From Verrucomicrobiales bacterium (lineage in GTDB: Bacteria; Verrucomicrobiota; Verrucomicrobiia; Verrucomicrobiales; DEV007), in the NCBI GenBank assembly GCA_029210205.1, contig JARGOD010000004.1, positions 13,842 to 77,841 of the forward strand: 64,000 bases of DNA. Reading direction: 5' to 3'. The notes beneath the pieces were generated by a model. That model was not told the origin of the DNA and did not search any database. It saw nothing but the letters and a program-made list of their open reading frames with translations. Below are positions 37,974 through 48,086 of the stretch, piece by piece (position 1 is the first letter of the stretch; each line of letters opens with the position of its first letter). The position numbers and the translations under genes are program-made.

Positions 37974-40616
37974 ATGTCGAAATCACTTATTATCGCCGAG
38001 AAACCGAGCGTCGCTAACGACCTCGCCCGTGTCCTCGGGAAAGACCCTTCGATTGGGAAATTCGACAAGAAAGACGACTTTTTCGAGAATGATCGCTATG
38101 TCATTTCCTCAGCTGTCGGCCACCTTGTGCAACAGGCATTACCGATGACGGCTGAGGGGAAAACACTTCCCTGGAAGTTTGATTGCCTTCCAGTTGTTCC
38201 TGAGCAGTTCACGCTCGAACCCAGTGAACAAAAAGGTTCCAAATCCCGCCTCACCGTTCTCAAGCGCCTCATGAAGCGCAAGGATGTGACCGAACTCATC
38301 AATGCCTGCGATGCCGGCCGTGAGGGTGAACTCATTTTTAGATACATTGTCCAGTTCGCAGGGATAGCGAAGCCAACCCGCCGTCTCTGGATGCAGTCGA
38401 TGACTGATGGTGCAATCAAAGAAGCCTTCGGAGCTCTCCGGACTGACGAGGAAATGCGTCCTCTTTCAGACGCGGCTTACTGCCGCTCTGAGTCAGATTG
38501 GCTTATCGGGATCAACTCGACACGGGCTATGACCGCCTTCAACAGCAAGTTTGGCGGTTTTAACAAAACGCCAGTTGGTCGAGTCCAGACTCCGACCCTC
38601 GCGCTTCTCGCTGAGCGCGAAGCTGAAATCGATAAATTTGTCAGCGAAGATTACTTTGAGGTTCATGGCACTTTCGGCGTTAAGGCCGGTGACTACCTTG
38701 GTCGCTGGTTCAGTGAAACCTTCAAGAAATCCGAAGACAAGCCGCACGCCCGGGCTGAGCGCATCTGGGATGAGTCCGAGGCTCAGGCTATTGTTGATCG
38801 GTGTCTGGGCAAAACTGCTATCGTCGAAGAAAAGAAAAAGCCGACCAAACAGATTTCACCTCAGCTCTACGATCTGACCAGTTTGCAGCGTGAGGCGAAC
38901 GGTCGCTTTGGCTTTTCCGCAAGACGAACGCTTCAACTCGCTCAGTCCCTTTACGAGCGCCACAAAGCGCTGACTTATCCGAGAACAGACTCTCGCTACT
39001 TACCTGATGACTACGTGCCTACCAGTATCGAGACGTTGAAGAAGATCGCGAGTGGTTCCGGTTACACGATCGGTGACATGCCGGGTCACGCCGCAAAAGT
39101 GATCGAGAAGTCATGGGTTAACGGCAAGGACAAGCGTGTCTTCAATGGCGCCAAAGTCAGCGACCACTTTGCGATCATTCCGACGGGGCAGATCCCGGCC
39201 AATCTCGATGAGGCGGAGCAAAAGCTCTATGATATGGTGAGCCGTCGTTTCATCGCGACCTTCTATCCTCAGGCCGAATTCGAGATCACAACCCGAATCA
39301 GCAGGATCGAAGAAGACGCTTTCAAGTCTGACGGAAAAATTCTCGTCGAAGCGGGATGGCTTGCTGTTTACGGAAAGAAGGTAGGAGCGCCGCCGCCTGC
39401 CCCCGTTGTCGAGGGTGAGGAAGGCCGCGGAAAGAAATCCTCCGCGAGTGCCGATAAAGAAATCGTCGCTGTTGAAGCGGGAGAAACCGCTGAAGCAAAA
39501 AAAGTCGAGCGTCTCGACAAGCAAACCCGTCCCCCGGCTCGCTATAACGAAAGCACACTTCTTTCTGCAATGGAGACAGCCGGTAAGCGAGTCGACGACG
39601 AAGAACTAAGAGATGCCATGTCCGAGCGCGGTCTTGGCACCCCGGCGACACGAGCATCCACTATTGAAGGTCTCATCAACGACAAATACATCACTCGTGA
39701 TGGTCGTGACATCTATGTGACGACACGTGGGATGCGTCTCATCGACCAGCTCCATAACATGGAAATTGGTATTCTCACTTCTCCCGAAATGACTGGCGAG
39801 TGGGAATACAAGCTCAAGCAAATGGAGCAGGGCAAACTCGATCGTCCTCGCTTCATGAACGAGATTAAGGATCTCACCGGCACAGTTGTGGAGACCGCAA
39901 AGGAGTATGCCCGGACCGCGCTCGAGCGGGAGTGGCCTCAGTTCCCCGTGCCGTGTCCTGTTTGCGGAGCGGCCGAGCTCGATCAGGATGACGGGCGCTA
40001 CAAGTGTAAGCAGCCGGACTGTAAGTTTGCCCTTCCCAAGGTCGTCGCGAGCCGTCCGCTTTCTGAGGAGGAAGCGAAGACTCTTTTGACAACGAAGCTC
40101 GTTGGTCCGCTCACCGGATTCGTGAACCGCTTCAAGCAGCCCTTTGATGCCGCGATTGAGTTGCAGGAAGACAAGAAGACTGGCCTTAAGGCATCCTTCG
40201 TCTTTGAAAAGTCACCCGAGGAGGAGGAAGAAGCCGAAGCCATCAAGCCGGAGAACAAACTCTGCAAATGTCCTCTTTGCGAAAAGGGAGACATCCACGT
40301 AACGCCTCACAGTTACCTTTGCGATCGACGCGCGAGTGGAGATGGCTGCAAGGCGCGCCTCTCGAAGGTGATGTGTAAATACGAGATCCCACGCGAGCAG
40401 GCCCTGAAGTATTTCCAAGAGGGGAAAACGGACGTTATCGAGGAATGGATCAGTAAGAAAGGCCGCCCCTTCAAAGCTGCATTGACCTGTAACACCAAAG
40501 GGAAGCGAATGCTTGGGTGGGAGTTTCCTCCGCGCGAGCCTGCTAAGAAAAAGACTGCCGCAAAAAAAGCGGCAACGAAAAAGACTGCCGCTAAGAAGAA
40601 AAGTGCTAAGAAGTGA
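37974..40616 (+). CDS. topB: Type IA DNA topoisomerase, topoisomerase III type, with Cys-rich C-terminal repeats and a Lys/Ala-rich tail
   Basis: [29 protein letters not shown], active-site LTYPRTDS and GLGTPATRA. Confidence 0.9.
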   Translation: MSKSLIIAEKPSVANDLARVLGKDPSIGKFDKKDDFFENDRYVISSAVGHLVQQALPMTAEGKTLPWKFDCLPVVPEQFTLEPSEQKGSKSRLTVLKRLMKRKDVTELINACDAGREGELIFRYIVQFAGIAKPTRRLWMQSMTDGAIKEAFGALRTDEEMRPLSDAAYCRSESDWLIGINSTRAMTAFNSKFGGFNKTPVGRVQTPTLALLAEREAEIDKFVSEDYFEVHGTFGVKAGDYLGRWFSETFKKSEDKPHARAERIWDESEAQAIVDRCLGKTAIVEEKKKPTKQISPQLYDLTSLQREANGRFGFSARRTLQLAQSLYERHKALTYPRTDSRYLPDDYVPTSIETLKKIASGSGYTIGDMPGHAAKVIEKSWVNGKDKRVFNGAKVSDHFAIIPTGQIPANLDEAEQKLYDMVSRRFIATFYPQAEFEITTRISRIEEDAFKSDGKILVEAGWLAVYGKKVGAPPPAPVVEGEEGRGKKSSASADKEIVAVEAGETAEAKKVERLDKQTRPPARYNESTLLSAMETAGKRVDDEELRDAMSERGLGTPATRASTIEGLINDKYITRDGRDIYVTTRGMRLIDQLHNMEIGILTSPEMTGEWEYKLKQMEQGKLDRPRFMNEIKDLTGTVVETAKEYARTALEREWPQFPVPCPVCGAAELDQDDGRYKCKQPDCKFALPKVVASRPLSEEEAKTLLTTKLVGPLTGFVNRFKQPFDAAIELQEDKKTGLKASFVFEKSPEEEEEAEAIKPENKLCKCPLCEKGDIHVTPHSYLCDRRASGDGCKARLSKVMCKYEIPREQALKYFQEGKTDVIEEWISKKGRPFKAALTCNTKGKRMLGWEFPPREPAKKKTAAKKAATKKTAAKKKSAKK

Positions 40617-40688
40617 AGTTAGCAGAGAAGCAAAGGAGGACAGAATATTTCAACGCAGTCGGTCGCTACTTTCTCCTCGACTTCTTTC

Positions 40689-41180
40689 CTATTCTCTTCC
40701 CGGGCCCTCGAGCTTGCGACCGAGCTCAGCCTTGACGCAATTTGGGACAAACTGGTCGATACTTCCTCCGAGGCTCGCGACCTCCTTCACGATCCGTGAA
40801 CTCAAATAGATGCTTTCCTGACTCGGCATTAGGAAGACAGTTTCCAAATTTTCATCGAGACTCCTGTTCATCAGCGCCATCTGAAATTCGTATTCAAAAT
40901 CCGAAACCGCTCTTAGACCACGAATAACAACATCGGCCTCGTTAGCTCGAACGAAATCTACAAGGAGGCCTTCGAAGGAGGTCACTTCCACATTGTTAAG
41001 ATGACTCGTCGATTCCTTAATTAGTTTGACTCTCTCATCCGGCGTGAACAGCCCTGTCTTGGCTCCATTGAACGCCACAGCTACAATCATGCGATCCCAC
41101 AATTTGCTCGCCCTCTCAATCACATCAAGGTGGCCATTATGAATCGGGTCGAAGCTGCCCGGATAGATTGCGGTTTTCAT
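40689..41180 (-). CDS. coaD: Phosphopantetheine adenylyltransferase
   Basis: YPGSFDPIHNGH, RGLRAVSDFEYE and SSRIVKE. Confidence 0.97.
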   Translation of the reverse strand: MKTAIYPGSFDPIHNGHLDVIERASKLWDRMIVAVAFNGAKTGLFTPDERVKLIKESTSHLNNVEVTSFEGLLVDFVRANEADVVIRGLRAVSDFEYEFQMALMNRSLDENLETVFLMPSQESIYLSSRIVKEVASLGGSIDQFVPNCVKAELGRKLEGPGRE

Positions 41181-41273
41181 AAAACTTTAGGATATTATTC
41201 CCAATTCGAGGTCGGATGATCCCATATTTCAAAATTTTTCAAAGACATTTCATAAATTCCCGCTATTATCTAC

Positions 41274-41699
41274 ATGATGAAAGTCGCTAAAAGTTTGATT
41301 TCTACCTTTGCAGCCGTTGTTTCCTTTGGAATCGCTGGTTGTGAAACGACCGGAAACAATGGAGATGTCATCACTCCTTCGCAAACCACTGACAATGGCC
41401 CTATCAACACGGTGGGCTTTTTGAAGACTGACTATGATCCGCTGAACAAGTGGCTCGATGAGCGCTTTGAAGTCGACTACAAGCACATGACGCCGGCGCT
41501 GATTTTTGATCAGGTTCCGCTGAATGATATCTTTTACGAGACCTCGAATCTACCGTCCGGTGCCCCGGCTTTCAATTTTTCAAGTAGCGATGTTTCGCGT
41601 CGTGAGCTTCTCAAGAAAATCTCCAGTCATTGGAAATTGAAGATGAGTTTCTCAACCGATGAGTCAGGCACTCCAACTGCAGTGCGGGTCGAGGGCTAA
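41274..41699 (+). CDS. Hypothetical lipoprotein, possibly with an STN-like small domain
   Basis: Lipobox IAG-C. The C-terminal alpha/beta pattern resembles secretin/TonB N-terminal domains (by eye). Confidence 0.65.
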   Translation: MMKVAKSLISTFAAVVSFGIAGCETTGNNGDVITPSQTTDNGPINTVGFLKTDYDPLNKWLDERFEVDYKHMTPALIFDQVPLNDIFYETSNLPSGAPAFNFSSSDVSRRELLKKISSHWKLKMSFSTDESGTPTAVRVEG

Positions 41700-42979
41700 C
41701 GATACGCTTCCCGCACGACTTCGCCGAAGATTCGCATTCCTTCCTCGACGATGGCTTCGGGTTGGGTGTAGCTCACGCGGACACATTGGCGGGAGTGGTC
41801 CCAGTCTGTTGTCTCCAGGCCGAAAAAGAAATATTCGCCGGGCACGACGATAAGGCTGGCCTCTTTCAGTCGTCGATAGAGTTCTTTGCAACTGATCGGA
41901 AGTCGGTCGAACCAGAACCAGAGGAAAAACGCTCCTTCACTCTCGTGAACTCTCCAGGGTATATCCGAAGGGAGATGCTGATGCGCGAGAGCAAGAGCCC
42001 TGTCGGAGCGTGTCTGGTAGTAGGGCCGAATCACTTTCTCCGCGAGCATCTTCATTTCATGAGATTCCAGAAGCGGTCGCGCGAGCGCCTGACCTACATT
42101 ATTATTTGCGAGTCCAACAATGGCAGTCATTGAGCGCACCTCCTGAATAATCCCCTCCCGTGCGACAATGATTCCGGTTCGTGTCCCCGGGAGTCCAAGC
42201 TTACTCAGACTCATAGTTAGAATCATGTTCTGATCCCAAACAAGCTCCACATCGTCGAAGACCACCCCGGGAAACGGAAGTCCGTAGGCATTGTCGATGA
42301 TCAATGGAATCCCGTTGGTCCGGGCAAGTTCCCGAAGCCGGGAGACCTCCTGATCGGTGATGACGTTGGAGCTTGGGTTTGTCGGTCTGGAAACTGCGAT
42401 TGCACCGTGTCCGGAATTGACCTCGAGAGACTCGAAGTCGATGCGATACTTGAAACGGTGGTCCGCAGTGAGTTCAATCAGCGGACGGCGGGAATCAAAC
42501 ATCCCTGTCCCGGAAACACCTTGGTCGCTGTAACCGATGTATTCCGGCACAAGAGGAAGAAGTATCTTTCTCTCACTTCCGTCCGGCATCCTCCCGGCAA
42601 ATCGATTTAAAAGAAAGAAAAACGCGGTCTGTCCCCCATTCGTCACCGCAATATTATCTTTCGTTAGGTCCCAGGCATATTCTTTCGAGAGAAATCCGGC
42701 AACCGCCTCGCGGAATGCCGGGCTGCCTGCCGGCTGGTCATAGTCGGCCATGACGCGGTCAAACTCTTCAGGTGTGTCCAATACCAGTTCGCGCATTCGC
42801 TCCCGCCAGATTTGCTGCATTTCAGGGATATGGGCAGGATTCCCGCCGCCCATCATGTGCATTCGTCCGCGTCCTGCGGTAAGCGCTTCGCCGAGGTCAT
42901 CCATTAGCTCGGTGATACCGGAATGGTCCGTCAGTTTTTTTCCGAAGACTGATTTGGGATAGGGGCTCTCTTCACTCAC
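41696..42979 (-). CDS. avtA: Valine--pyruvate aminotransferase
   Basis: SGITELMDDL, GGGNPAHIP, TNGGQTAFF, PEYIGY, SRPTNPS, DNAYG and SLSKLGLPGTRTG. Confidence 0.92.
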   Translation of the reverse strand: MSEESPYPKSVFGKKLTDHSGITELMDDLGEALTAGRGRMHMMGGGNPAHIPEMQQIWRERMRELVLDTPEEFDRVMADYDQPAGSPAFREAVAGFLSKEYAWDLTKDNIAVTNGGQTAFFFLLNRFAGRMPDGSERKILLPLVPEYIGYSDQGVSGTGMFDSRRPLIELTADHRFKYRIDFESLEVNSGHGAIAVSRPTNPSSNVITDQEVSRLRELARTNGIPLIIDNAYGLPFPGVVFDDVELVWDQNMILTMSLSKLGLPGTRTGIIVAREGIIQEVRSMTAIVGLANNNVGQALARPLLESHEMKMLAEKVIRPYYQTRSDRALALAHQHLPSDIPWRVHESEGAFFLWFWFDRLPISCKELYRRLKEASLIVVPGEYFFFGLETTDWDHSRQCVRVSYTQPEAIVEEGMRIFGEVVREAYR

Positions 42980-43064
42980 GCCATCATTGTCGATACGGAA
43001 TGAATCTGATCAAGAACACTTCGAGAGTTTCGAGTCGAATTTAGTATCGTAACCTTTATCCTTC

Positions 43065-43883
43065 ATGACCATGCATAAAGCTCCTCCTGTTGCCCTCACT
43101 ATCGCCGGTTCAGATTCCTCTTCAGGAGCCGGAATGCAGGCAGATCTTAAGACCTTTGCTGCTCATCGAATCTATGGGGTCAACGCATTAACCGCAACAG
43201 TCGCTGAAGTGCCGGGCGAAGTGGCGCGCTTCGATGCGACTGACGCAACCCTGTTGGGTCACCAACTTAACAGTGTTGCCTCTCATTTCTCAATCGGAGC
43301 CGCAAAAACCGGAATGCTCGCCAATGGCGAAAATGTCGACATCACGATTGAGTTTGCTCAAAAACATCCCGGCATTCCTTTCGTGATAGATCCTGTGATT
43401 TTTGCGACTGCAGAATCGAGGCTGCTTTCCAACGAAGGGGTTGAGAAAATGAAGGCCGGACTTCTTTCACTGGCGGAGATTGTGACTCCGAATTTGCCGG
43501 AGGCCGAAGCCCTTCTGGGAAGAAGTATCCGAACGAGAGAGGAGTTCATCGCCGCCCCGCGCCAGCTTTCGGAAAGTTATGGCTGCAGTTTTCTCGTCAA
43601 AGGCGGCCACTTCGAGGAGAAAGAACTCATTACTGACTATGCCTGGATAGATGGTGAGACAATTCCGTATTCTCACCCTCGAATCAACGTTGCAGATACC
43701 CATGGGACCGGCTGCACCCTCTCCGCTGCGATATGTGCGAATCTAGCGATCGGGATCTCACTCCGCGAAGCGGTAGCAGCAGGGATCAGCTACCTATCTC
43801 GATGTCTCAGTCAGCAGTATCAATGGCCCAACAACGGAGACATGATCGCAGCATTGAACCATTTCCCCGATGGCGTAGACTGA
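43065..43883 (+). CDS. thiD: Hydroxymethylpyrimidine/phosphomethylpyrimidine kinase
   Basis: LTIAGSDSSSGAGMQADLKT, KTGML, DPV, TPNLPEA, KGGH and HGTGCTLSAA. Confidence 0.94.
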   Translation: MTMHKAPPVALTIAGSDSSSGAGMQADLKTFAAHRIYGVNALTATVAEVPGEVARFDATDATLLGHQLNSVASHFSIGAAKTGMLANGENVDITIEFAQKHPGIPFVIDPVIFATAESRLLSNEGVEKMKAGLLSLAEIVTPNLPEAEALLGRSIRTREEFIAAPRQLSESYGCSFLVKGGHFEEKELITDYAWIDGETIPYSHPRINVADTHGTGCTLSAAICANLAIGISLREAVAAGISYLSRCLSQQYQWPNNGDMIAALNHFPDGVD

Positions 43884-43893
43884 TACCGCTATC

Positions 43894-45009
43894 ATGATGC
43901 GCTGCCTTCTGCTCACACTTCTTTACATCCCCGTTCTCGGCTTGTCGCTCGACGAAACTACGAGCGTCGAGGCTCCCGAGACTACTCCGGAAGCTGATGA
44001 TCCAGAGAAACTGAGCGAGCTAATCGATACCCTCAATCAAGCGAGCTTGCAGGAAGCGTTTCGGCTTCTGACTGACGACTACATCAATGGTGAAGAGCTC
44101 GATTCGCTGGAAGTGAATCGCTCTGCCTTGCAGGGAATGCTAAGTAGACTCGATTTTGGGGCGATGCTTCTCACTGAGAAGTCGATTCAAAGTCGAAATT
44201 CGCGATTCGTATTTCACGCGGAAAAAATCAACCGTTCCACGGCTTATCTTCGTTTTGGACGATACAACAAGGCTGGTCTCGCGCGAATGGATAAGGCTCT
44301 GAATGGCTTCATCGACGAAAAGCAGATTAGTGATCTCATTATTGACCTCAGATCACCGCAAGCGACAGCTGAGTTTGCGATCGCTTCGGAAATCCTAAGC
44401 CGGTTTCGTCCTCCCAATGAATTGCTTTTCAAAATCAGGCGCCCGGGAGCAGACCGGCCCACTTTGTTTGTCTCCAAGTCTTCGGGGCCAAACTGGTCTC
44501 GAAATCTCATTCTACTTGTTGATCGGGAGACTGGAAATGTCGGTGAAATCATTGCCGCTGTTCTGAAGCGAAAGTCGAATCCGCTCATTATTGGTGAAAC
44601 AACGCCGGGGCTAACCGTCGAATATCGTGACATTGCGATTGGAGATGATCGCATCATGCGCTACGCCATCGCCGAAGTCGTGCTCGACGACGATTCTTCA
44701 ATCTTTCGCAAGGGAATTGCTCCTGACATTGAAACTCCTACACCCATCGAATCCAAGCATGCGATTTTTGATGCGACTCAAAACGAGCAGAAACTTACCG
44801 GGTTCCTTTACCACAAGCAACGCCCAAGAATGAATGAGGCCGCTCTTGTCGCGGGAATCGATCCTGAGATTGATTACTACATTCTGAAGACTAACGGAAA
44901 GGAAACGCCATGGGACAAACCTCCGCTTCAGGACCGTGCACTACAACAGGCCGTGGATCTTCTCAACGCCAACGCCTTTCTTGAATCCGGACGCAAAACC
45001 CGTCGTTGA
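43894..45009 (+). CDS. Secreted S41 (CtpA/Prc) peptidase-like protein, catalytic residues apparently substituted
   Basis: AYLRF, LIIDLR, LLVDRETGNVGEIIA, IIGETTPG, GIAPD and D.ALQQAVDLL follow the S41 motif order. No PDZ domain. Confidence 0.72.
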   Translation: MMRCLLLTLLYIPVLGLSLDETTSVEAPETTPEADDPEKLSELIDTLNQASLQEAFRLLTDDYINGEELDSLEVNRSALQGMLSRLDFGAMLLTEKSIQSRNSRFVFHAEKINRSTAYLRFGRYNKAGLARMDKALNGFIDEKQISDLIIDLRSPQATAEFAIASEILSRFRPPNELLFKIRRPGADRPTLFVSKSSGPNWSRNLILLVDRETGNVGEIIAAVLKRKSNPLIIGETTPGLTVEYRDIAIGDDRIMRYAIAEVVLDDDSSIFRKGIAPDIETPTPIESKHAIFDATQNEQKLTGFLYHKQRPRMNEAALVAGIDPEIDYYILKTNGKETPWDKPPLQDRALQQAVDLLNANAFLESGRKTRR

Positions 45010-46157
45010 TGCGCGATCCTGACGAAGAACTCAAGGCTCTTGAAGCTCGGGGGCTGAGGCGTCATCTTCGAAGGCTGAACTCTCCTCAGCAGAGAGAAAT
45101 CGATCTCGAAGGAACAGGACAATGCCTGAATTTCTCGTCAAATGACTACCTGGGGCTGACGGCTTCGCCCAGGTTGAAGAGATCTTTTAAAGAATACCTT
45201 GAGACATACGGCGTTGGCTCAGGTGCTTCCCGACTTGTCTGCGGAACGATGGATGTTCATCTTGAGCTTGAGGAGAAACTCGCCGCGCTAAAAGGATCCG
45301 AAGCAGCCCTGACCTTCGCTTCAGGCTTCGCGACCGCCACCGGCATTCTTCCCGCGCTTTGCGGAAAGGACGATTTCATTATTCTCGATAAGTTGTGTCA
45401 TGCTTCCTTGATTGATGGAGCCCGCCTCTCCGGCGCAACCATGCGAATCTATCCTCACAACGACCTTGAAAAGCTAAGTAATCACCTTGCCTGGGCTCGT
45501 GGAAAGGCGGCCCCGGGCAATCGAATCATGGTCGTCACCGAGTCCGTCTTTAGTATGGACGGCGATCGAGCCCCGCTTGCTGAAATCGTCGACCTGAAAG
45601 ACGAAGTCGATGCATTACTGCTCCTCGATGAGGCGCATGCCTTTGGTCTCATTGGGCCGGAAGGACGTGGTCTTGCTGCCGAGCAAGGGCTCGAATCACG
45701 CGTCGATCTTCAGATGGGAACTTTTAGCAAGGCGGCTGGACTCTCCGGCGGATATGTCTGCGCGAGCAGGGATCTCGTCGATTTGCTTATCAACCGCGCT
45801 CGCAGCTTCATCTACTCGAGCGCACCGGCCCCAGCTCTCGCGGCGACCATTTCCGATGCCATCGATTTGATTGCCGGCGATGACGGCGCAGCGCTTCGAA
45901 CCCGACTCTGGAATCATCTGGGTATGTTTTCGGAAACAGCGGAAAGCGCCATCTTCCCGCATGTCATCGGAGAAAACGATGCGGCGCTTGATGCATCGGA
46001 TACTCTTTTAAAATCGGGGTTTCTGGTCCCTGCGATCCGATACCCCACTGTCCCACGAGGAACGGCACGACTTCGCATCACGCTGTCGGCCTCACACTTG
46101 CCTGAAGACATCGCCTCACTGAAAAACGCACTCGCGCTGTGTTTATCAGACTGCTAG
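45009..46157 (+). CDS. bioF: 8-amino-7-oxononanoate synthase
   Basis: NFSSNDYLGL, GSGASRL, HASLIDG, ESVFSMDGD, DEAH, GTFSKA and AIRYPTVP. TGATG overlap with the upstream gene. Confidence 0.93.
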   Translation: MRDPDEELKALEARGLRRHLRRLNSPQQREIDLEGTGQCLNFSSNDYLGLTASPRLKRSFKEYLETYGVGSGASRLVCGTMDVHLELEEKLAALKGSEAALTFASGFATATGILPALCGKDDFIILDKLCHASLIDGARLSGATMRIYPHNDLEKLSNHLAWARGKAAPGNRIMVVTESVFSMDGDRAPLAEIVDLKDEVDALLLLDEAHAFGLIGPEGRGLAAEQGLESRVDLQMGTFSKAAGLSGGYVCASRDLVDLLINRARSFIYSSAPAPALAATISDAIDLIAGDDGAALRTRLWNHLGMFSETAESAIFPHVIGENDAALDASDTLLKSGFLVPAIRYPTVPRGTARLRITLSASHLPEDIASLKNALALCLSDC

Positions 46158-46169
46158 CCTTCCTCCCTG

Positions 46170-47045
46170 ATGAAATCCCTTTTCGCCACTCTATCACTCA
46201 TTCTCTTGACCCATGTCACGATGGCAGAACCTCTCGCACCAATCCCACTCTGGCCCGACGGAGTGCCTGGCGAAGACCATCTCGAACTCCCGGAGGAATC
46301 CATCGAGGTAAAGGGCGAATACCAAATCGATATTCTTTCCAACGTCAGCAATCCTACCCTGACCTGGTATCCTGCCAAAGAACCCAATGGCGCTGCTGTT
46401 CTCGTTCTGCCGGGAGGAGGTTACAACATTCTTGCGATGTCGCATGAGGGCACTGAGGTCTGCGAGTGGCTCAATTCCATCGGTATCGCAGCAGGACTTG
46501 TCAAGTACCGCGTCCCTCGCCGGGAGGGCCTTGAGCCACACGAAGCTCCGCTTCAAGATGTGCAACGGGCCATGGGGATCGTGCGAACCAATGCCATCAA
46601 GTGGAACATCAATCCCGAGCGCGTTGGGGTTCTCGGATTTTCTGCAGGGGGGAACCTTTCTACCATGGCGTTAAGCTCCGACGGTAGACGAGACTATCAG
46701 CCTGACTCCGCGTTCGATACGCCCGGATGCATCCCGGACTTTGGTATCCTAATCTATCCTGCGTATCTGAACGACCCGGAGAATCCTGATGATCTCGCAC
46801 CCGGTATCGTCGTCAACGAAAAGACGCCACCCGTCTTTATGGCCGTCTCAGACGAAGACAGGCGCTTCGTTGAGGGGAGCGCCCGATTCTATATCGAGAT
46901 GCATCGCCATGACCGTCCTTGCGAGTTGCACATATTTTCCGGTGGTCGGCATGGCTTCGGCCTCGATAAAATCGACAGCCCTATCAAGCAATGGCCGATG
47001 CTGGCGCAGCAGTGGATGAATGAGCTTGGACTGATGACACCCTGA
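46170..47045 (+). CDS. Secreted alpha/beta hydrolase (BD-FAE / acetyl esterase-like)
   Basis: Signal peptide, PGGGY, GFSAGG, LIYPAY and GRHGFG. Confidence 0.87.
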   Translation: MKSLFATLSLILLTHVTMAEPLAPIPLWPDGVPGEDHLELPEESIEVKGEYQIDILSNVSNPTLTWYPAKEPNGAAVLVLPGGGYNILAMSHEGTEVCEWLNSIGIAAGLVKYRVPRREGLEPHEAPLQDVQRAMGIVRTNAIKWNINPERVGVLGFSAGGNLSTMALSSDGRRDYQPDSAFDTPGCIPDFGILIYPAYLNDPENPDDLAPGIVVNEKTPPVFMAVSDEDRRFVEGSARFYIEMHRHDRPCELHIFSGGRHGFGLDKIDSPIKQWPMLAQQWMNELGLMTP

Positions 47046-47063
47046 ATTTTAGAGGCCTTCTTC

Positions 47064-47957
47064 TCAGTCATTGATCCTTTTTTTAGCCTTCCGGAGTAGC
47101 TCCTCCACCAAAGGGTTTGGAACGCGGCGACTTGGGGAAATGGCATAAAAACTCTCCTTCAAGTCGCTGAAACGGTAGAGCTCCGCCAATTGTCCCCGCT
47201 TCAATTCACCGGCCACGACGACGGGTGGAACAAGCGCGATCCCTGCTCCGTCTCTCGCCAGCAGTCGCATCATCGCCATGTCGTCAATTTCAGCGGCGAT
47301 CACTGGCCGTATTCCTTCGCGCTCCATGACGAGGTCGAAAGAGGCCCTTAGATTACTGTCGAGTGTCGGGAGTAGTAGAGGAGAGGTCTCCAGATCTTCC
47401 GGAAATTTGAACTTTCTCTTCCCTCTCGGCTTTTCGCCCACCAACGCAACTGGCTGTTCTTCGAGAAGGTGACTGTGCCATTCCGTTTCCGCATCGCGAC
47501 GCACCGGAAGATTGGAAAGGACAAGATCAAGGGTGTGCGCTTTGAGCTGGCGCAATAACTCCTGCAGACTACCCGAACGGAGAACCAGTTCGACATCATG
47601 CCGACCGATGAATGGTTGAAGGCAGGCGAGCTGAAAGTTGCGCGAAAGGGTCGCCACTGCGCCGACTCGCAGGACCCGCCGCCGATTCGTAGGACTATTT
47701 TGCAGCACGCTGATCATCTCATCGCCGGAGCGGAAGATTGTCTCTGCATAGTCGAGCGCAATGCGACCGGCTTCAGTGAGGAGGAGCGATTTACTCTCAC
47801 GCCTGAAAAGAGGCTGCCCGATGCTTTCCTCCAACTGCTTGAGCTGGACACTTAGGGACGACTGCGCCACTCCGAGCTTTACGGCGGCTCCAGTTAAGGT
47901 CCCTTCCGTTGCGATCGCTCGAAAGTAGCGCAGGTGGTGATAGTTGAGAAAGCCCAT
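47064..47957 (-). CDS. LysR family regulator, NhaR-like subgroup
   Basis: LNYHHLRYF...QSSLSVQLKQLE HTH, LTEAG, YAETIFRSG, RVGAVATLSRNFQ and EIDDMAM. Confidence 0.92.
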   Translation of the reverse strand: MGFLNYHHLRYFRAIATEGTLTGAAVKLGVAQSSLSVQLKQLEESIGQPLFRRESKSLLLTEAGRIALDYAETIFRSGDEMISVLQNSPTNRRRVLRVGAVATLSRNFQLACLQPFIGRHDVELVLRSGSLQELLRQLKAHTLDLVLSNLPVRRDAETEWHSHLLEEQPVALVGEKPRGKRKFKFPEDLETSPLLLPTLDSNLRASFDLVMEREGIRPVIAAEIDDMAMMRLLARDGAGIALVPPVVVAGELKRGQLAELYRFSDLKESFYAISPSRRVPNPLVEELLRKAKKRIND

Positions 47958-47962
47958 ATTAT

Positions 47963-48007
47963 CGTTCGGAATAACAGAAGTAATTCTTCTGAAACATATA
48001 TTAGAAG
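47963..48007. promoter_or_regulatory. Candidate LysR binding site(s) in the divergent lysR-sbtA promoter
   Basis: TTCGGAATAACAGAA (47965-47979) is a TTC-N9-GAA dyad containing T-N11-A, 8 bp from the lysR ATG. A second dyad CTTCT-N12-AGAAG lies at 47986-48007. Confidence 0.6.
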
Positions 48008-48086
48008 GAACTGTATTCAAGCGCACCTTCAAGACGTCGGAGGAATGAACTCCCCCGATAGCCAAACTTAAACCAACCGCAATATC

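Noticed and set aside
40540-40613. Short direct repeats as a CRISPR or VNTR
   Set aside because: They are in-frame codons for the Lys/Ala-rich topoisomerase tail, with only two copies and no spacers.
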